A DNA stretch of 64,000 nucleotides from an uncultured Conexibacteraceae bacterium (GTDB lineage: Bacteria > Actinomycetota > Thermoleophilia > Solirubrobacterales > Solirubrobacteraceae). Under the pieces are notes generated by a model. It saw only the letters and a list, made by a program, of their open reading frames with translations, made no database searches and was not told where the DNA came from. A program made the translations under genes and the position numbers. This document shows, in pieces, positions 27,857 to 37,387 of this stretch. Position 1 is the stretch's first letter, and each line of letters begins with the position of its first letter. The stretch covers positions 580,418-644,417 of the forward strand of contig CAWKDQ010000011.1 of assembly GCA_963848435.1 (NCBI GenBank). Reading direction: 5' to 3'.

Positions 27857-29998
27857 TTGGGGCGTACGATGGTGGGGCGGGGGCTTTCCGGGGTGGGCAG
27901 GAGTCGGGCGCTGGGCTTGCTCGTCGGTGTGGCGTCGGTGCTGGGCCTACCTGGTGCCGCGCAGGCCCTGGTCACGTTGCCTGTCCCTGGCAATGTCGGC
28001 TCGGGTGGGATGTCGCTGGTGGCGAGCTCGTGCCCTAGCGCGGGGAGTTGCTCGGCCGTTGCCGTGTATACGGATAGCGGCGGCAACAGCCAGGTGGCGC
28101 TGTTTGACCAGGTCAACGGCTCGTGGAGGTTGACGGAGCTTGACCTTTCTCACCTCGCGGGGCTTGATGCCAGCGGCGACCTTGGGCCTGAGTCGATCTC
28201 GTGCGCGTCTGCGGGCAACTGCGCGGTCGTTGGCTACTACCAGGACGCGAGCCAGACCTACCAGGGGTTCGTGGCCATGGAGACGGGTGGTGTCTGGGCT
28301 CCGGCGAGCGAGGCGCAGATGCCGGGAAACGTCAACACGACCAACTATGGGGTGAACCACAGTGGAGACGAAGATCTCTCGCTGACGTCGGTCGCTTGTA
28401 TCTCAGCTGGCAACTGCACGGTGTTCGGCGACTACGACGCCAACGCCGCCGACAACGATGTCCCATTCGTGCTTACCGAGAGCAACGCGAGTTGGGCGCA
28501 GGCGGTTGAGGCTCCGCTCCCGTCGGATGCCGGCCCTGCGTACGGAGAGCTCATCTCGGGGCAGGTCTCATGCCCGCCGGCCGGCGCATGTACCGCGTTG
28601 GGCGCGTACCCGACCACCAGCGGAGGCGAGGCCCCGTTCGTGCTCACTCAATCCGGTGGCAGTTGGACTGCCAGTACTCTGAGTTTCTCTGGCATCGGGG
28701 ACCCGGCGGCGGCACCGGCGCAGTTCCAGCCGGCCTTCGGCACTAACGTCCTGTCGTGTCCGTCCGCTGGAAGCTGCACGGCCGCCGGCACGTATTTGGA
28801 CAGCAGTGGCGGTCAGCAGGGCGTGTTGTTCGATGAGAGCAACGGCGCCTGGAAAGCCACTACCGCCGACACGGCCGGGCTGTCGCTACCGTCGCTCAGC
28901 AGCCAGGTCATAGCGCCGGCCTCGGTGAGCTGCAGTTCGGCCGGGACCTGCCTAGCCGACGGCGTCTACCTTGACAGCCACGGCCAGACACAGGGTATGT
29001 CGATCCTCGAGCTTGGTGGCACCTGGGAGAACGCCAGGACGGTCGCGCTGCCGAGTGATGCGAACACAGACCCAGCGGCATACCCGATATCGGTCGCTTG
29101 CTCTGCGGCCGGCAACTGCGTGATGCCAACCTTCTATCTCACCAATTCGAATTCGGTGGAGCAGGCGCTGCAGTCCTTTGGTGAGCTCCCCGCAGGCCTG
29201 GCGAGCGTGCCACTCAGCGCCTCGCTCACGGGCACGACCCCATCCGACGACGGCGCAGTCGTCGCATGCGCCGCAGACGGATACTGCACCGTGCTCGACA
29301 CGTTCCCGAGCAGCACCAGCATCGTCGCGATGAGCGCGCCGGGCCTGGTGTCAGCGCCCACCGCCCAGTCCGAAACTGATCTGTTGTCGCTGAACTGGTC
29401 GGCGCCAGCTGACAACGGCGGCCTCCCGATCATCGGCTACAGCGCCACCTCGGCCTCTTCGACCGACCCCACCAAGGTTCTCCAGATCCAATCAGCAAGC
29501 TCTCCGGCCACAACCTTGGAATTCGGTTTGGCTGCGGGTAAGTCCTATCAACTCACGGTCGCGGCCACCAACGCCCTCGGCGTCGGGATCCCCTGGACCT
29601 CAGCCCCGGTCAGGGTTCTGCCTAGCCGAGCGGAGGTGGGCTCGATGCTCGGAGAGATAGATTGGCCTTCGGGCCCGAAGGCGAACCTGAAGGCGATCAG
29701 GAAGGCCCGCGGATTCAGCTACGTCGACGAGACAACGGAACCCGGCACACTCTCGATCATCTGGGTCCACAAATACACCACCGGCCATGGCAAACATCGC
29801 GTACACCACCAGACCACCGTCGCTGCCGGCACCCTCAAGATCGCAAGCGTCGGCCGGTTCAAGATCAACCTCAAGCTCACAGCTGCCGGTGAGAAACTGG
29901 TCAAGGGGGACCGGAAGCTGACACTGACATCAAAACTCACGTTCACGTCCCCGGACCTGACCCCGTTCAAGCTGTCAAAGACATTCAGACTGCGGTAG
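27857..29998 (+). CDS. Secreted protein with eight Cys-pair repeats (C-x-[SPA]-A-[GD]-x-C), one FN3 domain and an uncharacterised C-terminal domain
   Basis: Signal-peptide-like N-terminus (RSRALGLLVGVASVLGLPGAAQA). Eight repeats of about 45-50 aa (SCPSAGSC, SCASAGNC, ACISAGNC, SCPPAGAC, SCPSAGSC, SCSSAGTC, ACSAAGNC, ACAADGYC), most followed by G-x-Y and a G-x-W motif. FN3 signature LNWSAPADNGGLPIIGY. Alternative starts at 27869 and 27872. Confidence 0.8.
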   Translation: MGRTMVGRGLSGVGRSRALGLLVGVASVLGLPGAAQALVTLPVPGNVGSGGMSLVASSCPSAGSCSAVAVYTDSGGNSQVALFDQVNGSWRLTELDLSHLAGLDASGDLGPESISCASAGNCAVVGYYQDASQTYQGFVAMETGGVWAPASEAQMPGNVNTTNYGVNHSGDEDLSLTSVACISAGNCTVFGDYDANAADNDVPFVLTESNASWAQAVEAPLPSDAGPAYGELISGQVSCPPAGACTALGAYPTTSGGEAPFVLTQSGGSWTASTLSFSGIGDPAAAPAQFQPAFGTNVLSCPSAGSCTAAGTYLDSSGGQQGVLFDESNGAWKATTADTAGLSLPSLSSQVIAPASVSCSSAGTCLADGVYLDSHGQTQGMSILELGGTWENARTVALPSDANTDPAAYPISVACSAAGNCVMPTFYLTNSNSVEQALQSFGELPAGLASVPLSASLTGTTPSDDGAVVACAADGYCTVLDTFPSSTSIVAMSAPGLVSAPTAQSETDLLSLNWSAPADNGGLPIIGYSATSASSTDPTKVLQIQSASSPATTLEFGLAAGKSYQLTVAATNALGVGIPWTSAPVRVLPSRAEVGSMLGEIDWPSGPKANLKAIRKARGFSYVDETTEPGTLSIIWVHKYTTGHGKHRVHHQTTVAAGTLKIASVGRFKINLKLTAAGEKLVKGDRKLTLTSKLTFTSPDLTPFKLSKTFRLR

Positions 29999-30479
29999 GC
30001 GTCAACGCGGCACGCCGACAGCCCGCTCCCCCGGAAGCCGCGCAACGACATCTCTAGGCACATTGCTTGAGATACCTCGGCCGGACCGGAAGCGGAGACG
30101 CGAGGTTATCGCTACTGCCGTGGATGAAGCCCTGATCGAGGATGGGTTTGAGCTGCGATACGTGGGACCAGTGACCGTTGGTGGTCGCGGCCGGGCGCTG
30201 CTTCACCACCGTCGGGGTGGGATCACGGGGATGTTGTGGGGAGCGCTCGAGGGCGCCGGCTGGATGGGCCAGCAAACCAGCTCGCGGATGACCGTCGGGC
30301 TGCTTGCAGGTGTTGCACCTGCTGCACCACGGGAAAGATCACCGACCTGGGCGGGTCAGACCGGCCCCCGGACCTCACACCGCTCGGTGAGATCATCACC
30401 GACCACCCGCGCAGCTGACATAAAGGAGTGAACTCCCGATCTCCTCCAAGCCACGTCAAGCGCGCATCTCGGCACGTGG

Positions 30480-31561
30480 TCAGAGATACCTCGGCTGGGA
30501 CGAACGCCGGTCAGGATCCCAGCGAACTACCACGATGACCTCGGAGTTCGGGGTACTCTGTCTGCTCTCGTTCTTTCGGGCCTCCAACCCGAGTATCTGC
30601 TCCGGTGTCGGCAGGGGCTCGAGGTCGACTAGCGATCGCGCGACCTGGTATGCCCTCGCCGCCCGGTTGTGGTCGAGGGGGTGCCCGGAGTGCGCTGCAC
30701 TGTTGCGGGGTCGAGCGAGATTCTTTCGGACGTCGTCAAGGGTCACGCCGAGCGTGCTGGGCGTCGCAGCCGTCAGCCGGAAAAGTTCCATCACCCCAGA
30801 CACACCATCCAGGATGTCGTTCGCTTCACCCTTCGAGTGGCCGGTGACGATCAGGTGCTTCCTCACCACGCCGGACAGCGCGACCTCGGCTGCCGCGCAC
30901 GAGTTGATGACCGAGTGCCGCCAGTCGTAGCGCGCTAGGTCGAGCCGCGCCTCGTAGAGGAGCCCGTGAGCGAGCGGGAATGGCTTGCCCGTAGAGGAGG
31001 CCGCGAACGCCGCGCGCACTCGTCGATCCTGCGCGCTGATCTGAGACCGGAGAGACTGCGACGGGCCGCCACCACCGTAAATGGGCCCGCGTTGTAATTG
31101 ATCGACGAGGACCAGCCGCACGAGTGGCGGTGGCGGAAGGACACGTCGTTGCGCACGTCGCCGTCCCATCCATATAGCCAGTTCCGGACCACGCTCAGCC
31201 AGCTGCCAACTTCCTCCACGAATTCGCTGACGGCCTCGAGCTCGCTGACATACCGCTCATATTCACGGTCAGACCAGTTCAGGCGGACTGCGCTGACCAG
31301 CAATTCGGAGTCGCGGACCGGTATCGACAGCGTCGCTGTAGCGGTGCCGAACTGCGGCTTCTCGGACAGCGGCGGCGGCGGGAAGACAGGGATCGGCGGC
31401 GCTGGGTCCGCCGGACGGCCGGCGAGAGAATTTGGTCCTGAGACGGGGATTGTCAGCAGCGTCGGCAGTCCTGCAATCCTGACGTCGTGCGTCGTCCCGG
31501 CGAGGGTCCGCTCGACCAGCAGTGGGGGATCGATCCAGACAACCGCCTCAATTCCTGCCAC
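30480..31561 (-). pseudogene. HEPN-domain protein gene split by a frameshift (ORFs 30935..31561 and 30480..31169)
   Basis: The N-terminal ORF is protein-like up to ...WDGDVRNDVS, then degenerates. The second frame is protein-like from LPPPPLVRLVLVDQ onward. It contains RNSAAH (nt 30690..30707), matching the HEPN Rx4-6H motif. The switch point lies at or near the tandem hexamer CGCCACCGCCAC (31124..31135, coding strand). Confidence 0.55.
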
Positions 31562-31792
31562 GGCATCGAAGGCTATTTCTCACGACGGCGGCTCAGGCAC
31601 CGAGATGAGGAAGAGATAATCGGACTCCTTCGAAGCGCAGCGGATCAGCAGCGCCGGCCCGTCGCACCCTTCCGGATCCCTGGTGGCCGCGCATTGGAGA
31701 GGTCTACTCCGGCTAGGCAACGCGTTGCTCGTTCCAGCTCGAAAGCAAGACTGTCGCTCGTAAGAAGCCGCCGAGTCGTTGCGTCGACCGTA

Positions 31793-34606
31793 TCAAGTGC
31801 GGGTCTGTGGAGTACGTCCAGCCTGACTAGCGCTTGGTGGGGCCGACGCCCCCGCGAGGCTCGCCGCGAGTTCGCGCCGCGAGCGGATGCCGAGCTTTGC
31901 GTACACCTTGCGTAGGTGCCACTCCACGGTGCGCGGACTCAGAAACAGCCGCCCGCCGATCTCGGGATTGGAAAGCCCGTCGCGCGCAAGAAGCGCGATC
32001 TGACGCTCCTGCGGGGTGATCTCGTCGCGCGTCTGTTCACCACGCTTTCGTACGCTCTCTCCCGTCGCCAGAAGCTCGAGGCGGGCTCGCTCGGCGAACT
32101 GCGTCATGCCCACATCCGAGAGCAACTGGTGTGCGGCGCGCAATTGCGCGCGTGCGTCTACGCGACGGCTCTGCCGGCGCAGCCACTCGCCGTAGACCAG
32201 GTGTGACCGCCCGAGTTCGGGTCGCAGCGGCGTGCGCTTGAGCCGGTCGATTGCCTCTTGGTAGTGCTCCTCGGCCTCGTTTGCGTCGGACAGCAGCGCT
32301 CGCGCTCGGGCCTCGAGCCCGAGGCCCCAGTCGTTGCCGCTCACGTCGTTGCGTGCAGCGAGCCGCTGCATCGCATCTCGCGCCGTCTCCGTCTCACCGC
32401 TCCTCGCAGCAGCTTCGACCAGCTCGCACAGGCCCCACATCGACGCCACGAGTTCGGGCATGTCGTTGCTCGCGTCCTCTGCGGGCGCGAGCGCATCGCG
32501 ATAACGCCGTTCGCCGTTCGCGACGACAGCGTTGGCTAGGCTAACGAACTGGACCACGTTCCCTTGCCCGCTCGCTGCCGCGTGGCGCAGCGTCTTGTCC
32601 ACGATCGGGGCTAGATCGGAACGACTGCCCCGATGCGCGGTTAGGTACAAAACGGCATGCGGCAGCACGACGGCACCTGTCGCATTGCTGACGGCGTCCG
32701 CCTCCGCTATCAGCTGAGCTGCCTGCGCGTAGTCGCCCGCAAGTGCGAGCGCCAGAGCCAAGGGCTGCAATGCGATTGCGAGGAGTGCCAGCGCCCCCGT
32801 CTCGCGAGCGAGCTGCACGTTGCGGCTCGCAACGGCGAGGCAGGAGTCGTAGTCCCACACCACGATGGCGGCGATCCTCGCCAACCAGCCCCACTTGAGC
32901 GCCTCCTCGCTGCTCGCCTGCTCGCCCGCGAAGCCGGCCACGGCTCGTTGCAGCACCGGCACGCCCGCGGCGCGGCCCTCGATCAGCAGCAGCGCAAGAC
33001 CTCTGACGAGCAGATCTGACATGCGCGGCGGCCCGGGTGCTGGCACTGCGAGCAGCACCGCGCGGGAAACGTCGTACACGTCGCCGGCGGTCGCGAACCG
33101 GCCGGCGAACAGTGCCGCGCTCCAAGCATCGAGGTAGGTCTCCCAAGCAAGCCGCGAGTCCAGCGATTCCAGGCGCTGCGCCGCGCTCAGGAGCAACGGC
33201 GACGCGTCGCTGCCGCGACTCTGCGAGAAGGCGAGCTCGGCTCGAAGCGAGTCAATACGCGCCCGTTGCAGCTCTCCTGACGGTCCCGCTTCCGCAATCG
33301 CGAGTACGGCCGTCGCCGCGCGGACATCGGCCGCCTTCAGGCTCGCGTCAGCGGCCGCGAGTGCCCGATCGGTACGCCGGGCCGGATCAACCGAGAGCGC
33401 CACCGAGCGCTCGAGGAACGCTGCCGCCGCTGCCAGCCCGCCACGCGCGCGAGCCCGGCTCGCTGACTGCTCCAGTTCCTGCGCGACGACTTCGTCCGGT
33501 TCCGAAGCTGCCGCGGCGAGATGCCACGCGCGCCGGTCCGGATCAGTGTTCGCGTCCGTCGCCGCAGCCAGCGCGAGGTGCGCCGCGCGGCGGTCTTCAG
33601 TCGACGTCGAGCGGTAGACGGCGGAGCGCACCAGAGGATGGCGGAAGGCCACGCGCGCACCGATCCTCAAGAGCCCGTCATCCTCGGCAGGAGCTGCGGC
33701 GCCCGGCGCCACGCCGATCCGATCGGCGGCCCGCCACAGAAGCGCAGGGTCGCCGAGAGGCTCCGCGGCGGCGAGCTGGAGAAGCCTCCGGGTATCCGGC
33801 GGGAATCCGTCCAGGCGCCGCTCGAAGCCCTCCACCAAGCTGCCCGACAGCGCTTGATGCCCGAACAGGTCAACGCCGTCCGCCATCTGCGATGGCGACA
33901 GTCCCCGGGGCAGCTCGAGCAGCGCAAGGGGGTTACCTTTAATCTCGGCGATAAGGCGATCTCTCACGGATCCGTTGAGCATCGAGTGCGCCGCCGAGGT
34001 CAGTAGCGTGCGCGCGTCGTCGTCTCGCAGCCCCCTCAGCGTCAGCTCGGGAAGTCCGCGCAGCTCCTCGCCCGGCACGCGCGCGGCAAAGATCAGGCCG
34101 ACCGGATCGGCGAGCAGACGCCGGGCAACGAACGCGAGAGTACGGACTGACGCGCGGTCGAGCCACTGTGCGTCATCGACGATACAGAGCAGCGGCTGCT
34201 GCTCGGAGGCGGTGCACAGCAGGCTCAGTACCGCCAATCCCACCAAGAAGAGATCCGGGGCCGTGCCCACTCGAAGACCGAACACCACTTCCAGCGCCTC
34301 GCGTTGTGGGGCTGGGATGCCCCCTAGGTACCCCAGCAACGGGCTGCACATCTGGTGAAGACTCGCGAAGGCGAGCTCCATCTCGGACTCCACGCCCACG
34401 GTACGGGTCGCCGTCATGTCCGGCGCTGCGCTCAGCAGGTACGCGAGCAGAGCTGACTTGCCCACACCCGCCTCGCCACGGAGCACCAGGGTTCGACTGT
34501 CACCGTCCCGGACGGCCTTGAGCAGCCCGTCGAGCAGGGCGCACTCATCGCCTCGTCCCAGCAATCGCTGCCTGCTCCACGTGGCTGGCATGAGCGCCTC
34601 CAACAT
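31793..34606 (-). CDS. Large ATP-binding LuxR-family regulator (LAL type: P-loop NTPase, helical repeats, LuxR HTH)
   Basis: Walker A GEAGVGKSAL, Walker B LLCIVDDAQWLD, C-terminal LuxR HTH TPQERQIALLARDGLSNPEIGGRLFLSPRTVEWHLRKVYAKLG. Confidence 0.9.
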   Translation of the reverse strand: MLEALMPATWSRQRLLGRGDECALLDGLLKAVRDGDSRTLVLRGEAGVGKSALLAYLLSAAPDMTATRTVGVESEMELAFASLHQMCSPLLGYLGGIPAPQREALEVVFGLRVGTAPDLFLVGLAVLSLLCTASEQQPLLCIVDDAQWLDRASVRTLAFVARRLLADPVGLIFAARVPGEELRGLPELTLRGLRDDDARTLLTSAAHSMLNGSVRDRLIAEIKGNPLALLELPRGLSPSQMADGVDLFGHQALSGSLVEGFERRLDGFPPDTRRLLQLAAAEPLGDPALLWRAADRIGVAPGAAAPAEDDGLLRIGARVAFRHPLVRSAVYRSTSTEDRRAAHLALAAATDANTDPDRRAWHLAAAASEPDEVVAQELEQSASRARARGGLAAAAAFLERSVALSVDPARRTDRALAAADASLKAADVRAATAVLAIAEAGPSGELQRARIDSLRAELAFSQSRGSDASPLLLSAAQRLESLDSRLAWETYLDAWSAALFAGRFATAGDVYDVSRAVLLAVPAPGPPRMSDLLVRGLALLLIEGRAAGVPVLQRAVAGFAGEQASSEEALKWGWLARIAAIVVWDYDSCLAVASRNVQLARETGALALLAIALQPLALALALAGDYAQAAQLIAEADAVSNATGAVVLPHAVLYLTAHRGSRSDLAPIVDKTLRHAAASGQGNVVQFVSLANAVVANGERRYRDALAPAEDASNDMPELVASMWGLCELVEAAARSGETETARDAMQRLAARNDVSGNDWGLGLEARARALLSDANEAEEHYQEAIDRLKRTPLRPELGRSHLVYGEWLRRQSRRVDARAQLRAAHQLLSDVGMTQFAERARLELLATGESVRKRGEQTRDEITPQERQIALLARDGLSNPEIGGRLFLSPRTVEWHLRKVYAKLGIRSRRELAASLAGASAPPSASQAGRTPQTRT

Positions 34607-34975
34607 AGCGAATCAGGCTCAGCGCAGAGGACGCGGACTGATCGCGACGACGCTCGGACACCGGTGCGGCTTGTCAGGGCGGGGTTCGCGCGGGCTGGAA
34701 GTGGCCGATCGGCACTCGCCCTGCCGGGGTTCGAGAACGGATCGCACCGTTCGGGAGCCGTTGCTGAGGCCGGGGTTCTCGCTGGGCAGGTGCACGCGGT
34801 CCACGAGGGCCTGCCCGCGTGTGAGTCACGTCCGCCAGGGACGCAAACCAGTGAGCTAACGGGTTCGAAGTCACCGCCGGAACGTCAATCATGCCCGTCA
34901 ACCTCCCGACCACATACGCGGCGGAGATGGTCGTAAGCCCGTCCACACAAACCCAAGCGGCAAAGGAGAAAGACC

Positions 34976-35935
34976 ATGCCAGTTCAGTCCCGTGTTGTGT
35001 TGGAGTCTTCAGCTCAGGACGTCGTCGACGCGACGTCAACCCCGCCGTTTATCTACGAGCTCGAGCCCGCCCAGGCGCGCAAGGTGCTCGAGGACCTGCA
35101 GTCGGGAGACGTCGAGAAGCTACCCGTGGACGAGGAATGGATCGCCGTGCCGTCACCGGTCGGCGACGCGCAGGTCAGGATCATCAAGCCCGTAGGTATC
35201 CACGGCCGGTTGCCGGTCATCGTGTACATGCACGGCGGCGGCTGGATCCTCGGCAACGCCGCCACCCACGACCGGCTGGTGCGCGAGCTCGCCGTCGGCG
35301 CCCATGCGGCGCTGCTGTTCGTCGAATACCCCAACTCCCCCGAGGCGCACTACCCGGTCGCGATCGAACAGGGGTACGCGACCGCGCAATGGGCAGCGCG
35401 GGAGGGCGCCGGCAAGGGCCTTGACCCTGAGCGGCTCGCGGTGGCGGGCGAGTCCGTTGGCGGCAACATGGCCGCCGCGCTGAGCCTGATGGCCAAGGAG
35501 CGCGGCGACGTGCGCTTCGTGCAGACCTCGATGTATTACCCGGTCACCGACGCGGCCATGGACACCGCCTCATACGACGAGTTCGCCGAGGGCTACTACC
35601 TGTCCCGCAAGTCGATGGAGTGGTTCTGGGATGCCTACATCCCCAACTCTGAGCAACGCGGCGAGATCACCGCCTCGCCCAACCAGGCGACAATCGAGCA
35701 GCTGCGCGGCCTGCCGCCGACGCTGCTCTTCGTCGACGAGGCCGATGTGCTGCGCGACGAGGGTGAGGCCTACGCCGCCAAGCTACGAGCCGCCGACGTG
35801 CCCGTAACAACCGTGCGCTACGACGGCGTCGTGCACGACTTCATGCTGCTTGACGCTATGCGCGACGCCAAGGCGACCCGGGCCGCGATCGCCCAGGCGA
35901 CCGCGTTCCTGCGCGCCGCGTTCGGCACCGACTGA
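34976..35935 (+). CDS. Alpha/beta hydrolase, hormone-sensitive-lipase-type esterase
   Basis: HGGGW oxyanion motif (YMHGGGWILG) and nucleophile elbow GESVGGN. Confidence 0.85.
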   Translation: MPVQSRVVLESSAQDVVDATSTPPFIYELEPAQARKVLEDLQSGDVEKLPVDEEWIAVPSPVGDAQVRIIKPVGIHGRLPVIVYMHGGGWILGNAATHDRLVRELAVGAHAALLFVEYPNSPEAHYPVAIEQGYATAQWAAREGAGKGLDPERLAVAGESVGGNMAAALSLMAKERGDVRFVQTSMYYPVTDAAMDTASYDEFAEGYYLSRKSMEWFWDAYIPNSEQRGEITASPNQATIEQLRGLPPTLLFVDEADVLRDEGEAYAAKLRAADVPVTTVRYDGVVHDFMLLDAMRDAKATRAAIAQATAFLRAAFGTD

Positions 35936-36174
35936 CCCCCGCGCATCTGTTAACCACGCATCCCGGGACGTGTGTGCCGACACCCCGGGATGCCCCATGA
36001 CCAAAACCCTCTCACCCGATCTCGACTCCCATGTCCGAAGTTGTGCACCCGCAGACCACGCGCAACGCCCCGAATCGCCGGCCGGCTCCGCGCGCGGAGC
36101 GTCAGCGCGTGGCCAGCGGTGGCGGTCCACATATCGATAACGACGTCCTGCCAGCAGCGTCGGAGGCCGTGAGC

Positions 36175-36590
36175 GTTCGTCACGACTCCGAGCACAACAT
36201 CGCCTTCCGTGCGCTTGCCGAAGCCGACCCGGATCTCACGTGTCTGTTCAACCTCCGCGCCCTTTCAGACCCATTCACCGTCAGCTGGACGGCTGTTGAG
36301 CAGGCCACCGAAGTGGACGTGTTCGGCGAGCTGGTGCGGGGACATAGAGGCCGCGACCGAGTTGGTGCAGTTCCACGGCGTGGCCCCTTGGGCGGCGCAG
36401 ATGTTGTTCCTTCATCACTGCCAGTACCCGGACGTGCTGCCTGTCGAGGACCTCGTGTTGCGAAGGGCGGCGCTTCTTGCCTTTGGCCTACCAACGCCTC
36501 CCACGCCGCGGCGGTTCACCAGCCGGGCCGCCGTGTGGCGCCCGTTTCGATCCTACGCGGCAGCGGGCCTGTGGTCAGCGGCCAACCTTC
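36175..36590 (+). pseudogene. Remnant of a DNA-3-methyladenine glycosylase II (AlkA / HhH-GPD) gene: frameshifted with an internal deletion
   Basis: One frame reads AFRALAEADPDL...SDPF. The next frame reads ATELVQFHGVAPWAAQMLFLHHCQYPDVLPVEDLVLRRAA...WRPFRSYAAAGLW (HhH-GPD C-terminal half). About 100 aa of the central region are missing. Confidence 0.45.
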
Positions 36591-36615
36591 ATCCCTCCCC
36601 CCCAAGGAGCCTGAC

Positions 36616-37335
36616 ATGCAGCCAACCATCATCCTCGCGCACGGTGCCTACGCGGATTCGTCGAGCTGGAACGACGTCCTTGGATCACTGACCGCTGACG
36701 GCACGCGCGCCATCGCCTGGGCCAACCCCCTGCGCGGTATCGCCGAGGACGCCGCCGCCCTGAGCGGCCTCGTGCGTGAGACCGAGGAGCCGATCGTGCT
36801 CGTCGGACACTCCTACGGTGGGGCGGTGATCACCAATGTCGACCCTGCGGCCGGCGACATCAGCGCGATCGTCTACGTCGCCGGGTTCGCGTTGGAGGCC
36901 AACGAGACCCCGGTCGGTGCGTCTTCGCTGGCCCCGGGCTCCACGCTCGCCGAGACGATCATTCGCGTGCCGCTTGACGACGGCTCCGTAGACACCTATA
37001 TCGCCCGCGACAAGTTCCACCACCAGTTCGCCGCTGACCTTCCGGAACGGCAGGCGACGTTGATGGCGATGACGCAACGTCCTGTCACGGAGGCGGCACT
37101 GGGCGAACCTTCGGGTGATCACCCGTTGTGGGAGTCGGTGCCGAGTTGGTTCATCTTTGGCGATGAAGACCGCAATATCCCTGCTGGGGCGCATCGCGCC
37201 ATGGCCCGGCGCGCGTCAGCCAGACGGACCGTCGAGATCTCCGGCGCATCACACGTGGTCGGCATCTCACACGCTGACGAAGTCGTGCAGATCATCCGCG
37301 AAGCAGCCCGAGCCGAGGTGGTCACCCGTGTCTAA
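36616..37335 (+). CDS. Alpha/beta hydrolase
   Basis: ATG at 36616 follows AAGGAG (36604..36609). MQPTIILAHGAYADSSSW..., nucleophile elbow GHSYGG. The listed 434-aa ORF (36031..37335) is a composite. Confidence 0.8.
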   Translation: MQPTIILAHGAYADSSSWNDVLGSLTADGTRAIAWANPLRGIAEDAAALSGLVRETEEPIVLVGHSYGGAVITNVDPAAGDISAIVYVAGFALEANETPVGASSLAPGSTLAETIIRVPLDDGSVDTYIARDKFHHQFAADLPERQATLMAMTQRPVTEAALGEPSGDHPLWESVPSWFIFGDEDRNIPAGAHRAMARRASARRTVEISGASHVVGISHADEVVQIIREAARAEVVTRV

Positions 37336-37387
37336 TCGACAGGCACATCAACAGCACACTCGCTCCTCGGTTGCTCCGGCGGCAGTT

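Noticed and set aside
31793-34606. The 937-aa P-loop/LuxR protein as a STAND-type defence NTPase working with the downstream HEPN gene.
   Set aside because: The architecture (Walker A/B, helical repeats, LuxR HTH) is the common actinobacterial LAL regulator type. It carries no effector domain. A gap of about 230 bp separates it from the HEPN gene, and it is divergent from an esterase gene that it may regulate. A link to defence is speculation only.
36031-37335. A single 434-aa protein as listed in the ORF track.
   Set aside because: It is a composite. Only the last 239 codons (from ATG 36616, behind AAGGAG) form a coherent alpha/beta hydrolase. The upstream part is a decayed glycosylase plus non-coding-looking sequence.
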